Assembly (NCBI GenBank): GCA_033764315.1
Contig: JANRJA010000197.1
Coordinates: 1 to 23,943 of the forward strand
Length of the DNA stretch: 23,943 bases
From: Oculatellaceae cyanobacterium bins.114
GTDB taxonomy: Bacteria; Cyanobacteriota; Cyanobacteriia; Elainellales; Elainellaceae
Direction: 5' to 3'
The translations under genes and the position numbers were made by a program. Below are positions 1-8,747 of this stretch, piece after piece. The notes under the pieces were generated by a model. The model was not told the origin of the DNA and did not search any database. It saw nothing but the letters and a program-made list of their open reading frames with translations. Position 1 is the first letter of the stretch; every line of letters begins with the position of its first letter.

Positions 1-104
1 AACTTTCAGGCGCACAATGGAAGCGTGAAAACGTCCCTCAAGTCTTAGCTCATCGTTGTGCTTACCTCAATGGATTAATTGGTTCACCATTGCCTTGTAA
101 CTAA
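1..104 (+). CDS. ISKra4-family transposase, C-terminal part (5' end outside window)
   Basis: Not in the ORF track because it has no start codon in the window. Codons run from position 3 to TAA at 102-104 and contain the SGAQW..ENVPQVL.HRCAYLNG motif. Confidence 0.8.
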   Translation, partial: LSGAQWKRENVPQVLAHRCAYLNGLIGSPLPCN

Positions 105-138
105 GCACAATTGCTTATAGAAAAAGTGACATGCTCCC
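1..138 (+). mobile_element. 3' (right) end of an ISKra4-family insertion sequence
   Basis: Frame 3..104 encodes LSGAQWKRENVPQVLAHRCAYLNGLIGSPLPCN*, which I recognise as the C-terminus of cyanobacterial ISKra4-type transposases. It is followed by a terminal-IR-like sequence AAAAAGTGACATGCTCCC (121-138). Confidence 0.8.
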
Positions 139-296
139 AAAAGACACTGCGCACGATGAGCCCAATCCCTTTATCAAAGGTGTCAAATAATTATCGCACC
201 TGCTCATGATCGATGTAATGCTCTGAAAACTTTACCTTGTGATAAATCCTACTGGTAAAAGTTGGTAATTAGTACCTTTCCAAAACATTAACTATA

Positions 297-635
297 GTGG
301 CAGGTTGGTGCAGTATGTTTAGCGACTTTATGATTTTAGCTAGTGTGCTTGGGTTGATCCAGATCCTAAGTGCTTTAGGATATTTTGTGGTATCAATTAG
401 GCAAATTATTTTTGCGGCTCAATCAGGTCGTGCTGACAGGACAGATTTGCGAATACTTCAGATCACTTTCGGACCTGCCATTCTACTTGCTTCTGGTATT
501 ATTCTTTTCCTTCAAGGATGGAGACAAGATTTTATATTAATACTCAAGGATATTTTGATGAGCATTCTGATTGTTTATCTGATCATCTTGGATTTGAAAA
601 GCTCGTATCGAAATCCACAATTACCTTGTCGCTAA
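297..635 (+). CDS. Small membrane protein, Ycf66 N-terminal-domain-like (start may be ATG 315 or 330)
   Basis: Three hydrophobic segments; LLASGIILFLQGWRQD resembles the Ycf66 motif G.ILFFQGWRLDP. Confidence 0.6.
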   Translation: MAGWCSMFSDFMILASVLGLIQILSALGYFVVSIRQIIFAAQSGRADRTDLRILQITFGPAILLASGIILFLQGWRQDFILILKDILMSILIVYLIILDLKSSYRNPQLPCR

Positions 636-847
636 CTAAATTGTTCTCTTAGTTAAAGAAGACAATGTTTACTGAACAAGCATCATAGCCATAATGAGCT
701 AACCGTGTTTGATATCATCCTTTTAAACCCTCTTTTCAAAGCATTGTAGGTTTCATAAATTGCATTTTAACAAGCAGTTTATAGTCACTACACGGCCTTC
801 ATCAAGGCAATCATTCACGCCTCTTTAGTTGAGGTTGAGGTATAAAA

Positions 848-1450
848 ATGAAATTATTTGTTATTGTCTTAACTGGACTGTTGCCCTTATTCGTAACCAG
901 TTGTACTCATTCACCCTTTTCTCCTGAGTCAGCGATTGACTCCCAGCAACTTGCATTTCATTGCCCCAAAAATACTACCCCCAATGATATTCAAATTCTC
1001 GGTAGTCGTCAAAATCAAGGACGAGCAATCATTTTGTTCAAAATGTTCTGTTACGGTCAAAACCTCCAGGATGTTAATGAAACTTATGTTGTCATTGGCC
1101 ATTCAGTTTTGTCTTGGAGCGAGTTGCAATGGAGGTTAAAAGGGAGTGGATCAGAAAGTAGAAAGTTGCAATATTGGTCGGCAGAGTCAGGGTGTGTCGA
1201 GATTAGAGGTGCAAACGTTTTGATGGAGGGGGATTTTCAATCTACTCCTATTGTCTATGGACGAATTTTCTCACCCAATGTCAAGTTAGTAGAGGCTGTC
1301 CTAAAAGATGGTCGAATCTTTCAAGATAAAGGTACCAACAACTTTTTTGCCATCTTTTTGCCAAAGCAGACTTTCCTGCATGAGATACGAGTGCTGGGGC
1401 ATGACAACCAAATTTTGGATTGTTATCGCAGTCCTAGTTCAAGCAATTGA
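848..1450 (+). CDS. Hypothetical lipoprotein
   Basis: GAGG SD before the ATG; signal peptide with lipobox (LPLFVTS-C); no family recognised. Confidence 0.65.
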   Translation: MKLFVIVLTGLLPLFVTSCTHSPFSPESAIDSQQLAFHCPKNTTPNDIQILGSRQNQGRAIILFKMFCYGQNLQDVNETYVVIGHSVLSWSELQWRLKGSGSESRKLQYWSAESGCVEIRGANVLMEGDFQSTPIVYGRIFSPNVKLVEAVLKDGRIFQDKGTNNFFAIFLPKQTFLHEIRVLGHDNQILDCYRSPSSSN

Positions 1451-1533
1451 AGTACTTAAAATATCCTGGATAAGCAACTTTCTAAGTGACATTCTTGACT
1501 CGTTATGAAGCAGTTTATTTAAGTAGATAACTC

Positions 1534-1573
1534 TAGTGCGGGCATTTTTCATGTAAGCGGGACGTTCGCACTA
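1534..1573. repeat. Degenerate REP-like palindromic element
   Basis: TAGTGCGGGCAT ... ACGTTCGCACTA imperfect inverted repeat in an intergenic position. Confidence 0.45.
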
Positions 1574-1653
1574 CATCTTCCTTGCTGACGTTCTCCTTCC
1601 AAAACGGCTCAACTTTTTACCAGCCATTACTAAAAGTCAAGAAATATAAAAAA

Positions 1654-1700
1654 AGTAACTTCGATAACAAGAGTTACTGAGTCAGAGTTGATACGGTAAC
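1654..1700 (+). promoter_or_regulatory. Candidate operator upstream of the tau-like ABC operon
   Basis: Perfect AGTAACT-N11-AGTTACT (1654-1678) followed by a TACGGTA half-site (1692-1698). Confidence 0.35.
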
Positions 1701-1779
1701 AAAGATTAAGCCAGATCATCAGACTCTCTGTTTGGTATTGCTTCGTGAGGATTCAAAGCCTGATAACGATGTAATTTTT

Positions 1780-2628
1780 ATGACTGCTAAAACCCAAAAA
1801 AGTCTTTTTCAGAGCGGCGATCGCGTTTCTCATACCAGTCTGAATCGCTCACTCAATCATTTTCTGAAATCAGAGAGGTTAATCGCTTTACTCTCTGTCA
1901 TTACAGGACTTTTAATGTGGTGGATTATTACTGCATTTCAGTGGATCAATCCACTCTTTTTACCATCTCCTACATTGGTGGGAGCCGCATTTTTGGAAAT
2001 TTTGAGAGATGGCTATAAGGGCAATTCTCTCCTATTTCATATTTCTGCTAGTGTGTATCGGCTGGGTATAGCACTAGTGTTGTCTTTGGTAACGGCGATT
2101 CCGTTGGGTATGTTGTGTGGATTGTCTAGCCGACTGCGGGCGGTATTTGATCCGTGGATTGAGTTTTACCGTCCGTTACCTCCGTTGGCTTACTATACAC
2201 TCCTGGTGATCTGGCTGGGCATCGAGGATTCTTCAAAGATTGCATTGCTTTATTTAGCTACCTTTGCACCTTTGTTTATTGCAATCGTAGCAGGGGTGCA
2301 GCGCATTCCTCAAGACCGCATGAATGGGGCGCGATCGCTGGGTGCATCTGGTTTTCAACTGCTTGCCTATGTGGTGTTTCCATCAATTTTGCCAGACTTG
2401 TTTATTGGGTTGCGAACGGCAATTGGGGTGGCTTATTCAACCTTGGTGGCAGCGGAAATGGTCGCTGCTATTTCAGGCATTGGGTGGATGGTATTAGATG
2501 CCAGTAAGTTTTTGCGCAGTGATGTGATCTTTGTCGGCATCATCATCATGGGATTAATTGCAGTGGCGGTAGATGCAGGGATTCGCTGGATTCAGAAAAC
2601 TCAAGTTCCCTGGATTGGGCATGAGTAA
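1780..2628 (+). CDS. tauC: Taurine/aliphatic sulfonate ABC transporter permease (TauC/SsuC family)
   Basis: PLFLPSP, EFYRPLPPLAY and EAA-type loop (NGARSLGAS), TLVAAEM..A.SGIG. ATG 1780 preferred over TTG 1732. Confidence 0.85.
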   Translation: MTAKTQKSLFQSGDRVSHTSLNRSLNHFLKSERLIALLSVITGLLMWWIITAFQWINPLFLPSPTLVGAAFLEILRDGYKGNSLLFHISASVYRLGIALVLSLVTAIPLGMLCGLSSRLRAVFDPWIEFYRPLPPLAYYTLLVIWLGIEDSSKIALLYLATFAPLFIAIVAGVQRIPQDRMNGARSLGASGFQLLAYVVFPSILPDLFIGLRTAIGVAYSTLVAAEMVAAISGIGWMVLDASKFLRSDVIFVGIIIMGLIAVAVDAGIRWIQKTQVPWIGHE

Positions 2629-2675
2629 AGTGCAATAAACCCTCATCCTCCACTATTCCAACTATTTTTTCGATT

Positions 2676-2731
2676 GCTATATAGCGATCTCACAACCCGC
2701 TCATCTCACAACTAATTTAGGACTGCTATAG
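2676..2731. repeat. Internally deleted cyanobacterial MITE-like repeat between tauC and tauA
   Basis: Ends TATAGCGATC ... TTTAGGACTGCTATAG resemble the dispersed CTATAGCA(G/A)TCCTAAA-type inverted-repeat element; internal ATCTCACAAC is duplicated. Confidence 0.5.
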
Positions 2732-2747
2732 AACTGGAAGGAAACAT

Positions 2748-3821
2748 ATGAAGTTAAATCGTAGAACTGTACTGTTTGGACTGGTTGGATTAGGTATCCC
2801 TGTTGCTGCTTCTAGCTGCACCAACAGCACGCCTCAAACATCCTCTGAATCTCCTGGTGCACCAACAGCAGCAAGCCCAGACGCTTCACCTGCTCCCGCT
2901 AGTGCCGCCCCTGAAAAAATTAGAATCGGTTATCAAGTCGTCCCCAATGCAGAGTTGCTGGCAAAAGCCTTGGGATTGGCACAAAAAGCATTCCCCAATT
3001 CGCAAATTGAGTACAAAAGCTTTGACTCAGGACGTGACGTAAATACCGCTTTTGCTGCAAACGGTTTGGACTTTGGACTGGCGGGATCAGTGCCAACCAG
3101 CGTGGGAATTGCGCGTGGATTGCCCTATCAGGTGTACTTTATCCACGATGTGATCGGCAAAGCAGAAGCGTTGATCGTGAAGGATAACATTAAGGCGATC
3201 GCTGACATTCGGGGCAAGAAAATTGCAACCCCTTTTGGCTCGACTGCTCACTTTTCACTCCTCAACTTACTGGAACTGGAAAAAATCGATCCCTCAGAAC
3301 TCACAGTGTTAGATTTACAGCCTCCCGATCTGGTGGCGGCATGGCAACGGGGTGATATTGATGGAGGCTATCTCTGGCAACCCAATTTAAGCAAGCTAAA
3401 AGCCGATGGCGGCACAATTCTGGTCACGTCAGAAGACTTGGCAGCGAAAGGTGTTGTGACGGCTGATGTGGGAATTGTCAGCAAGGATTTCGCTGCAAAA
3501 TATCCAGACGCGGTGAAACAATACGTTGCGGTTTTAAATGAAGCGATCGCAGAATATCGCAAAGATCCAGATGCGGCAGCAGCAGCGATCGCCAAGGAAA
3601 CGGGCATCTCGCCGGAAGAGAACAAAGCGGCGATGACCGAAATTATCTGGCTCACTTCCGAAGAACAAAAGGACGTGAAGTATTTAGGCACTGCGAGTCA
3701 ACCGGGTGACTTTGCCAAAGTCCTTAAAGCATCAGCAGACTTTATGGTGACGCAAAAGACGATTCCCTCTGCACCTGAACTCACGGCATATCAACAAAAT
3801 ATTTATTCGCAGGCGTTGTAA
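2748..3821 (+). CDS. tauA: Taurine/sulfonate ABC transporter substrate-binding lipoprotein (TauA/SsuA-like)
   Basis: Twin-Arg/lipoprotein signal (NRRTVL...ASSC), Pro/Ala linker, IRIGYQ, FDSGRDV, GKKIATPFGSTAHFSL, AAWQRGDIDG motifs. Confidence 0.8.
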   Translation: MKLNRRTVLFGLVGLGIPVAASSCTNSTPQTSSESPGAPTAASPDASPAPASAAPEKIRIGYQVVPNAELLAKALGLAQKAFPNSQIEYKSFDSGRDVNTAFAANGLDFGLAGSVPTSVGIARGLPYQVYFIHDVIGKAEALIVKDNIKAIADIRGKKIATPFGSTAHFSLLNLLELEKIDPSELTVLDLQPPDLVAAWQRGDIDGGYLWQPNLSKLKADGGTILVTSEDLAAKGVVTADVGIVSKDFAAKYPDAVKQYVAVLNEAIAEYRKDPDAAAAAIAKETGISPEENKAAMTEIIWLTSEEQKDVKYLGTASQPGDFAKVLKASADFMVTQKTIPSAPELTAYQQNIYSQAL

Positions 3822-3833
3822 GCATCGCAGTGT

Positions 3834-3864
3834 TGTGAAGGGGACGCGCCATGTTCCCTTCATA
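3834..3864 (+). terminator. Intercistronic stem-loop after tauA (mRNA stabiliser or partial terminator)
   Basis: TGTGAAGGGGAC-GCGCCAT-GTTCCCTTCATA, 12-bp stem with G-U pairs, no U-tract. Confidence 0.45.
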
Positions 3865-3909
3865 GCCATCATTTATAGAAGCGCAATACGACTGGGTAGG
3901 GAGTAGGGG

Positions 3910-4704
3910 ATGTCTAAGATTGCTGAACTGGCTGATATTAGTTTGCTGTTTACATCAGGCACGCAAACGACTGAGGTTTTGCGAGATGTGAATTTAGATT
4001 TGCAAGCAGGTGATTTTGTTTGCGTTTTGGGATCATCGGGATGTGGCAAAACATCCCTATTGCGGATTTTGGCGGGCTACCAAGCTCCGACTACCGGAAC
4101 AGTATTAGTTTCTGGTAGACCTCACACCAAACCCGATGCGGATGTGGGGGTTGTATTTCAGCGTCCCAACTTGTTCCCCTGGGCATCGATCGCCCGCAAT
4201 GTAGAGTTTGGGCCTAAAATGCGCGGCATTGCCAAACTTGAACGAAAACAGCGCGTTTCTCACTATCTCGATATGGTGGGGTTAACCCATGCTGCTAACC
4301 GTCTGCCTCACCAGCTTTCGGGGGGAATGATGCAACGAGCTGCGATCGCCCGCACTCTCGCCGCCGATCCCACCATTATCTTAATGGATGAACCCTTTGG
4401 AGCGTTGGATGCCCTCACGCGTGAATCCATGCAGCTTCAAGTCAGTCAGATCTGGGAACGCACTCAAAAAACCATCTTTTTTATCACCCATGACGTTGAA
4501 GAAGCCTTACTCCTCGCCACTCAAATCGTGATCATGCACGCTAACCCAGGACGCATTGTCAAAGCGATCGCCAATCCTTTTGCGGGGCAATTGGGCAAAG
4601 AATTAACGTCTCAGTTGCGATCGTCTAGAGAGTTTGTGCAAATGCGAGAGTTTTTAGTTGCCAGTATCAAAGATGCTGAACTGGCAACAGTGGAAGTAGC
4701 TTAA
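3910..4704 (+). CDS. tauB: Taurine/sulfonate ABC transporter ATP-binding protein (TauB/SsuB family)
   Basis: Walker A GSSGCGKT, signature LSGGM, Walker B ILMDEPFGALD, H-loop ITHDVEEA. Confidence 0.88.
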   Translation: MSKIAELADISLLFTSGTQTTEVLRDVNLDLQAGDFVCVLGSSGCGKTSLLRILAGYQAPTTGTVLVSGRPHTKPDADVGVVFQRPNLFPWASIARNVEFGPKMRGIAKLERKQRVSHYLDMVGLTHAANRLPHQLSGGMMQRAAIARTLAADPTIILMDEPFGALDALTRESMQLQVSQIWERTQKTIFFITHDVEEALLLATQIVIMHANPGRIVKAIANPFAGQLGKELTSQLRSSREFVQMREFLVASIKDAELATVEVA

Positions 4705-4772
4705 GCTTCAGGCCATTTACCAATGGATTTCTGTGAAAACGGCCATACTCAGACTCCTTTCGGAGGCTAATA

Positions 4773-4854
4773 ACACCAATTGAAACAGTCTCTACGATAG
4801 ATATGCCAGAAGCAGGCAGATCTTGTGTGTTGCATTCATAACTCAAATTGGTAT
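4773..4854. repeat. MITE-like element with terminal inverted repeats
   Basis: ACACCAATTGA (4773-4783) ... TCAAATTGGTAT (4843-4854) with an internal hairpin AGATATGCC...GGCAGATCT; resembles cyanobacterial ATACCAATT...AATTGGTAT dispersed repeats. Confidence 0.55.
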
Positions 4855-4899
4855 CAAAAACCGAAGACTTGACTAGAGTGCATCATTTTTCCCTAGTGA

Positions 4900-4933
4900 T
4901 GTTAATATACGGTAAGTACATCAAAATACCGTA
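4900..4933 (+). promoter_or_regulatory. Extended -10 (TGT-TAATAT) plus palindromic operator TACGGTA-N12-TACCGTA
   Basis: Perfect 7-12-7 inverted repeat at 4908-4933, ending 4 nt before ATG 4938; related motifs at 12888 and 14756. Confidence 0.6.
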
Positions 4934-4937
4934 CTTT

Positions 4938-5417
4938 ATGGAACGCCTGACAGAACTCAGCCCAGACCTTAACCCAACCGCACATCCCAGTCACACCGCC
5001 TCGATTCCCTTGATCAAGCGTTTGTGGGGTGGGGTTTTGTTTGTCTTTGGCTATCTGCTGTCGCCATTGTCCTGGTGGAATGACCTGTTCTTTAACCTGC
5101 CCTTTGCTTATGGATTGGGCTATCTGGCAAGCCGTTTCTCACCCAATTTCTTTTTACCAGCGGCGATCGCAGGGTATTGGCTCTCCAACGTGGCGGGAAT
5201 CCTGTTGATGCAACTGGGAGTGATAGAGGTCTTTCAAGGAGAGGCTAAAGAACGAAATTTTAAGAAAGAACTGCTGACAGGTGTAGTTTCCTCAACGGTC
5301 TACACCTTGATTATTTTGGGACTTATTCACTTTCACATTTTGGCAACTCCAGGGTTAGAACTAGAAGGCAATTCCTTTAGCTTTAATGCCCTCTTCCCGT
5401 TTGGAGGCAATCGCTAA
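4938..5417 (+). CDS. Hypothetical membrane protein
   Basis: About 4 TM segments, motif GYLLSPLSWWNDLFFNLP. ATG 4938 chosen because the upstream ORF extension runs through the MITE end and the operator. Confidence 0.75.
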   Translation: MERLTELSPDLNPTAHPSHTASIPLIKRLWGGVLFVFGYLLSPLSWWNDLFFNLPFAYGLGYLASRFSPNFFLPAAIAGYWLSNVAGILLMQLGVIEVFQGEAKERNFKKELLTGVVSSTVYTLIILGLIHFHILATPGLELEGNSFSFNALFPFGGNR

Positions 5418-5418
5418 G

Positions 5419-6216
5419 ATGAACTACCTGTTGCTTTCCTCCCTTAGTTTTGTCGTGGGCACCATCGTTGGTCTAACAGGAATTGGCGGCGCATCCCTGA
5501 TTACCCCAATGTTGATTGTGGTGTTTCAGGTGCCAGCATCGTTGGCGGTGAGTTCTGATGTGGTGGCTGCAACTCTGATGAAAGTTGTGGGTGGGGTGAA
5601 ACATTGGCGGCAACAAACGGTAGACCTGCAAGCAGTGAAGTGGTTAGCGTTGGGGAGTGTGCCGGGGTCACTAATTGGGGTGAGTGTGTTGCACTTCATC
5701 CGTCATATTGACAATCTCAACTTAGATAGCGTTTTGCTGCGATTGTTGGGTGTTGCCATCTTATTGATTACGCTAGTTGCGCTGTTGCAACTGATCTTGA
5801 TGATGGTGGCTCCATCGTTAGAGTTACCAACCCTGCCCAAGCTCAATCTAGATAGCTTGCGGGGACGGGCGATCGCGATCGCTGTTGGAGCGGTTTTGGG
5901 GTGCATGGTGGGCATGACCAGCGTTTCCTCTGGCTCCATGTTTGCTCTGGTGTTGATTGCCCTGTTTCAACTAGATGCCCAAAAACTGGTCGGCACTGAT
6001 TTAACGCAAGCAGCGATTCTCCTCAGCGTCACATCGCTCGGTCATTTGACCCTGGGAACGGTGGATTGGAGTCTGGTGATTCCCATCTGGATTGGCTCTA
6101 TCCCTGGGGTATTAGTTGGCGCAAAACTCTGTCAAATCGCCCCTCAGAAGGTGTTACGATTTGCAGTTTACGTCATTCTAGTAATGGTGAGTTGGAAGTT
6201 AGCCCACACAGCATGA
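5419..6216 (+). CDS. Sulfite exporter TauE/SafE family protein
   Basis: GLTGIGGASLITP and GMTSVSSGS internal repeats, LVGTD, GSIPG motifs; GGAGG SD at 5403. Confidence 0.85.
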   Translation: MNYLLLSSLSFVVGTIVGLTGIGGASLITPMLIVVFQVPASLAVSSDVVAATLMKVVGGVKHWRQQTVDLQAVKWLALGSVPGSLIGVSVLHFIRHIDNLNLDSVLLRLLGVAILLITLVALLQLILMMVAPSLELPTLPKLNLDSLRGRAIAIAVGAVLGCMVGMTSVSSGSMFALVLIALFQLDAQKLVGTDLTQAAILLSVTSLGHLTLGTVDWSLVIPIWIGSIPGVLVGAKLCQIAPQKVLRFAVYVILVMVSWKLAHTA

Positions 6217-6926
6217 GTCGTTCTGCTCTATTCCCCAAATTTTTTACGACCTGGTTTGAAGCCCGTTGGCGATCGCTACTGCTGTTGTTGTTTGGGGTAT
6301 ACCTTCCGCTTCAGGCATTTGCTATCCTGGCATTGCAGATCTGGAAGTTGGAGGGTGGGCTAACCTGGGAAGTGCCGTTGATGATGATGATTCACAACAT
6401 GGCATCCGCAACCATCGATCGCCTTGCAGAAACATTAACCCATCTGGGGTCTGCTACACGGGTCGCGCCTGTTGCTGGGGCGATCGCCCTGGCTTTCTTT
6501 TTGCAAAAACGCTGGCGATCGCTGATTTACCTGCTCACAACATTAGTCGGATGTGTTGCGATTAATCTAGCGGCCAAAGAACTCTGGCATCGCATTCGTC
6601 CTCATTTGTGGGATGGGTATGTGTTGCCCCAAGATTTTTCGTTTCCCAGTGGTCACGCCATGACGAGTATGGCGTTTGCAGCAACCTTGATTATTTTAAC
6701 GTGGGGCAGTCGGTGGATTTGGCTGACCTTCCCGTTGGGCAGTGTTTACGTAGCGGCGATCGCTTGGACACGTCTCTATCTGGGTGTGCATTACCCCAGC
6801 GATATCTTAGCCGGATGGATGTTGGCGATCGCCTGGGCAATGGGCATGAGTCTTGTGGTGAAACCGCATTTGATTGGCTTAAAAATAAGCACCCAACAAG
6901 CTATAGAGCAATCCACTCATCACTAA
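6213..6926 (+). CDS. PAP2-family phosphatase
   Basis: K....R.RP, SFPSGH and TRLYLGVHYPSD catalytic motifs; ATGA overlap with the upstream TauE stop. Confidence 0.9.
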   Translation: MSRSALFPKFFTTWFEARWRSLLLLLFGVYLPLQAFAILALQIWKLEGGLTWEVPLMMMIHNMASATIDRLAETLTHLGSATRVAPVAGAIALAFFLQKRWRSLIYLLTTLVGCVAINLAAKELWHRIRPHLWDGYVLPQDFSFPSGHAMTSMAFAATLIILTWGSRWIWLTFPLGSVYVAAIAWTRLYLGVHYPSDILAGWMLAIAWAMGMSLVVKPHLIGLKISTQQAIEQSTHH

Positions 6927-7394
6927 TCCTGTAATCAGGGTGTAGTAAAAATCGCGTTGCTTCACAAAGAAGATAAAAGATACCAAAACACGCACGACCG
7001 GAGTTGCAATTAGGCACAATAATCCTAACTGAACAATGCCACAACGACGACCTGACAACACTGCATCTATAACTCCCGCAGGCGATCGAAAAACATCCGG
7101 TTCACCTTGAAAAATGTGATAGTTGACAGGTTCCATGCCGTGGCGGATGAGATATAAAATGCCGCCCAACAAAACTGTTGCTGTGGCAATCCACACTCCG
7201 TATTTGAGCAAGCGGCTAAGAATCATACCCAACTGGTAATCGGGCGATCGCTCATCTTCCCGTTGAGCCGGATAATCGGGACAACTGACCGACAGATCAA
7301 CAACGAGATTGGAAGGGGAATCAAGGGCGATCGACAAGGTTTGAACAGACAAGGTTTGAACGGACATGCTTTGAGCATCTGATTCTGGCGACAT
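6879..7394 (-). CDS. DUF1634 family membrane protein
   Basis: LLKYGV, IVQLGLLCLIATPVVRV, RDFYY motifs; sits in the usual position downstream of a TauE gene. Confidence 0.8.
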   Translation of the reverse strand: MSPESDAQSMSVQTLSVQTLSIALDSPSNLVVDLSVSCPDYPAQREDERSPDYQLGMILSRLLKYGVWIATATVLLGGILYLIRHGMEPVNYHIFQGEPDVFRSPAGVIDAVLSGRRCGIVQLGLLCLIATPVVRVLVSFIFFVKQRDFYYTLITGLVMSGLLYSLLGAYF

Positions 7395-7395
7395 C

Positions 7396-8229
7396 CTACA
7401 TCCCTCCAAAGGCGTTATAAACCATCTTGAACGACATCACGACCAACACAACACTAAACACAATTCGCAACACACTCACCTTGGTGCCCATCAACGCTTT
7501 TGCTCCCAGCAACGCACCCGGAAAAACTCCCAACATCACCGGCATTGACAACCCTGGATCGATATATCCTCGTGCCAGATAGACCCCCGCCGAAACCGCT
7601 GCCGTTACCCCAATGGTAAAGCTACTCGTGGTGGTTGATACCTTAAACGGCAACCGCATCACCTGATCCATTGCCAGCACTTTGAGTGCACCGGAGCCAA
7701 TACCCAGAAGACCTGATAGCACCCCCGCGATCGACATCAACCCAAACCCCAACGGCACAGAATAAGCTTGATAGTTCATTAGCCCATCGGGAGTGGGATA
7801 GGTGCCATGCAGTTGCAATTGCTGTGTCAGTGTCTCTTCTGTTTCGTCAGTTATTCCTTCCAAGCGGGGTCGTTGCGCCAAGTAAGCGGAATATAGCAGG
7901 ACGATCGCTAACACCACTGTTAACTGTTTGATAGAAATCACCGTTGCCAGCACTGCACCAATAATCGCTCCAATCGTAGTTGCGACTTCCAAAAACATGC
8001 CCAACCGTAAATTGGCATATCCCTGACGGATATAAGTGGATGCCGCTGCACAGGAAGTCGCAATGACAGAAACCAGTGATGCCCCAATTGCATAACGAAT
8101 ATCCACCCCAAACACGGAGGTCAACAACGGCACAATCACCACGCCACCGCCCAACCCCGTTAACGCTCCTAGAAATCCTGCCAGGAACGAGCCAACCCAT
8201 ACTAATAAAGAAAATTCTAAGACGTTCAG
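7396..8229 (-). CDS. Sulfite exporter TauE/SafE family protein (probable CTG start)
   Basis: Frame extends upstream of 8154 as (L/M)NVLEFSLLVWVGSFLAGFLGALTGLGGG; also AIGASLVSVIATS, GLLGIGSG, P.KVSTTTS. AGGAG lies 7 nt before CTG 8229. Confidence 0.85.
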   Translation of the reverse strand: MNVLEFSLLVWVGSFLAGFLGALTGLGGGVVIVPLLTSVFGVDIRYAIGASLVSVIATSCAAASTYIRQGYANLRLGMFLEVATTIGAIIGAVLATVISIKQLTVVLAIVLLYSAYLAQRPRLEGITDETEETLTQQLQLHGTYPTPDGLMNYQAYSVPLGFGLMSIAGVLSGLLGIGSGALKVLAMDQVMRLPFKVSTTTSSFTIGVTAAVSAGVYLARGYIDPGLSMPVMLGVFPGALLGAKALMGTKVSVLRIVFSVVLVVMSFKMVYNAFGGM

Positions 8230-8319
8230 ATGCTTACTCCTGGCTGTATATTACTTATTTTGTGGAACGATGAATAGAATTGGTATTTTGGATAACACTC
8301 TTTAACAAATGACCCATGA

Positions 8320-8745
8320 CTATTCCAAAATGATGGTGTTTAGGGAATCTAAGGGAGCAGAAAAAACGTAATAAATCACTCCTAAACCTAGTAACAGAAT
8401 GGCGATGCTAGAGAGAATGACCCAGCGATCGGGTGGCTGGTAGGTGTCGTCCTCAATGTCGTTGCGTACCCCAAAGTAGTGCTGAGTAGAGAGCAATACC
8501 ATCAGCAATCCCACAATCGAAAAGGCTAGACCCAACTTCCAGCCATTGCCGGGGGGCTGAGGGGCAAGCGGTGGGCGCAAAATTCGCAGGCGCACAATCA
8601 GGACTCCAAACCCCATCAGGGCGATCGCACTTCGCATCCAGGCAAGGTAGGTTCGTTCGTTGGCGAGGTGATCGCGAATGCGGTTGGGGTTGATGCGCTG
8701 GGGGCGATCGCCTGGGGAATCGTTGCTTTTAGGAGATAGTTGCAC
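8320..8745 (-). CDS. YidH/DUF202 family membrane protein
   Basis: RDHLANERTYLAWMRS signature and three TM segments. Confidence 0.9.
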   Translation of the reverse strand: MQLSPKSNDSPGDRPQRINPNRIRDHLANERTYLAWMRSAIALMGFGVLIVRLRILRPPLAPQPPGNGWKLGLAFSIVGLLMVLLSTQHYFGVRNDIEDDTYQPPDRWVILSSIAILLLGLGVIYYVFSAPLDSLNTIILE

Positions 8746-8747
8746 AG

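Noticed and set aside
4848-4937. N-terminal extension of the hypothetical membrane protein
   Set aside because: Begins inside a MITE end and spans the promoter/operator; ATG 4938 is more plausible.
6066-6212. PAP2 N-terminal extension
   Set aside because: Overlaps TauE out of frame; ATGA coupling at 6213 gives the natural start.
7847-8200. 117-aa minus-strand ORF suggesting a frameshifted TauE
   Set aside because: The TauE frame itself continues uninterrupted to CTG 8229, so no frameshift is needed.
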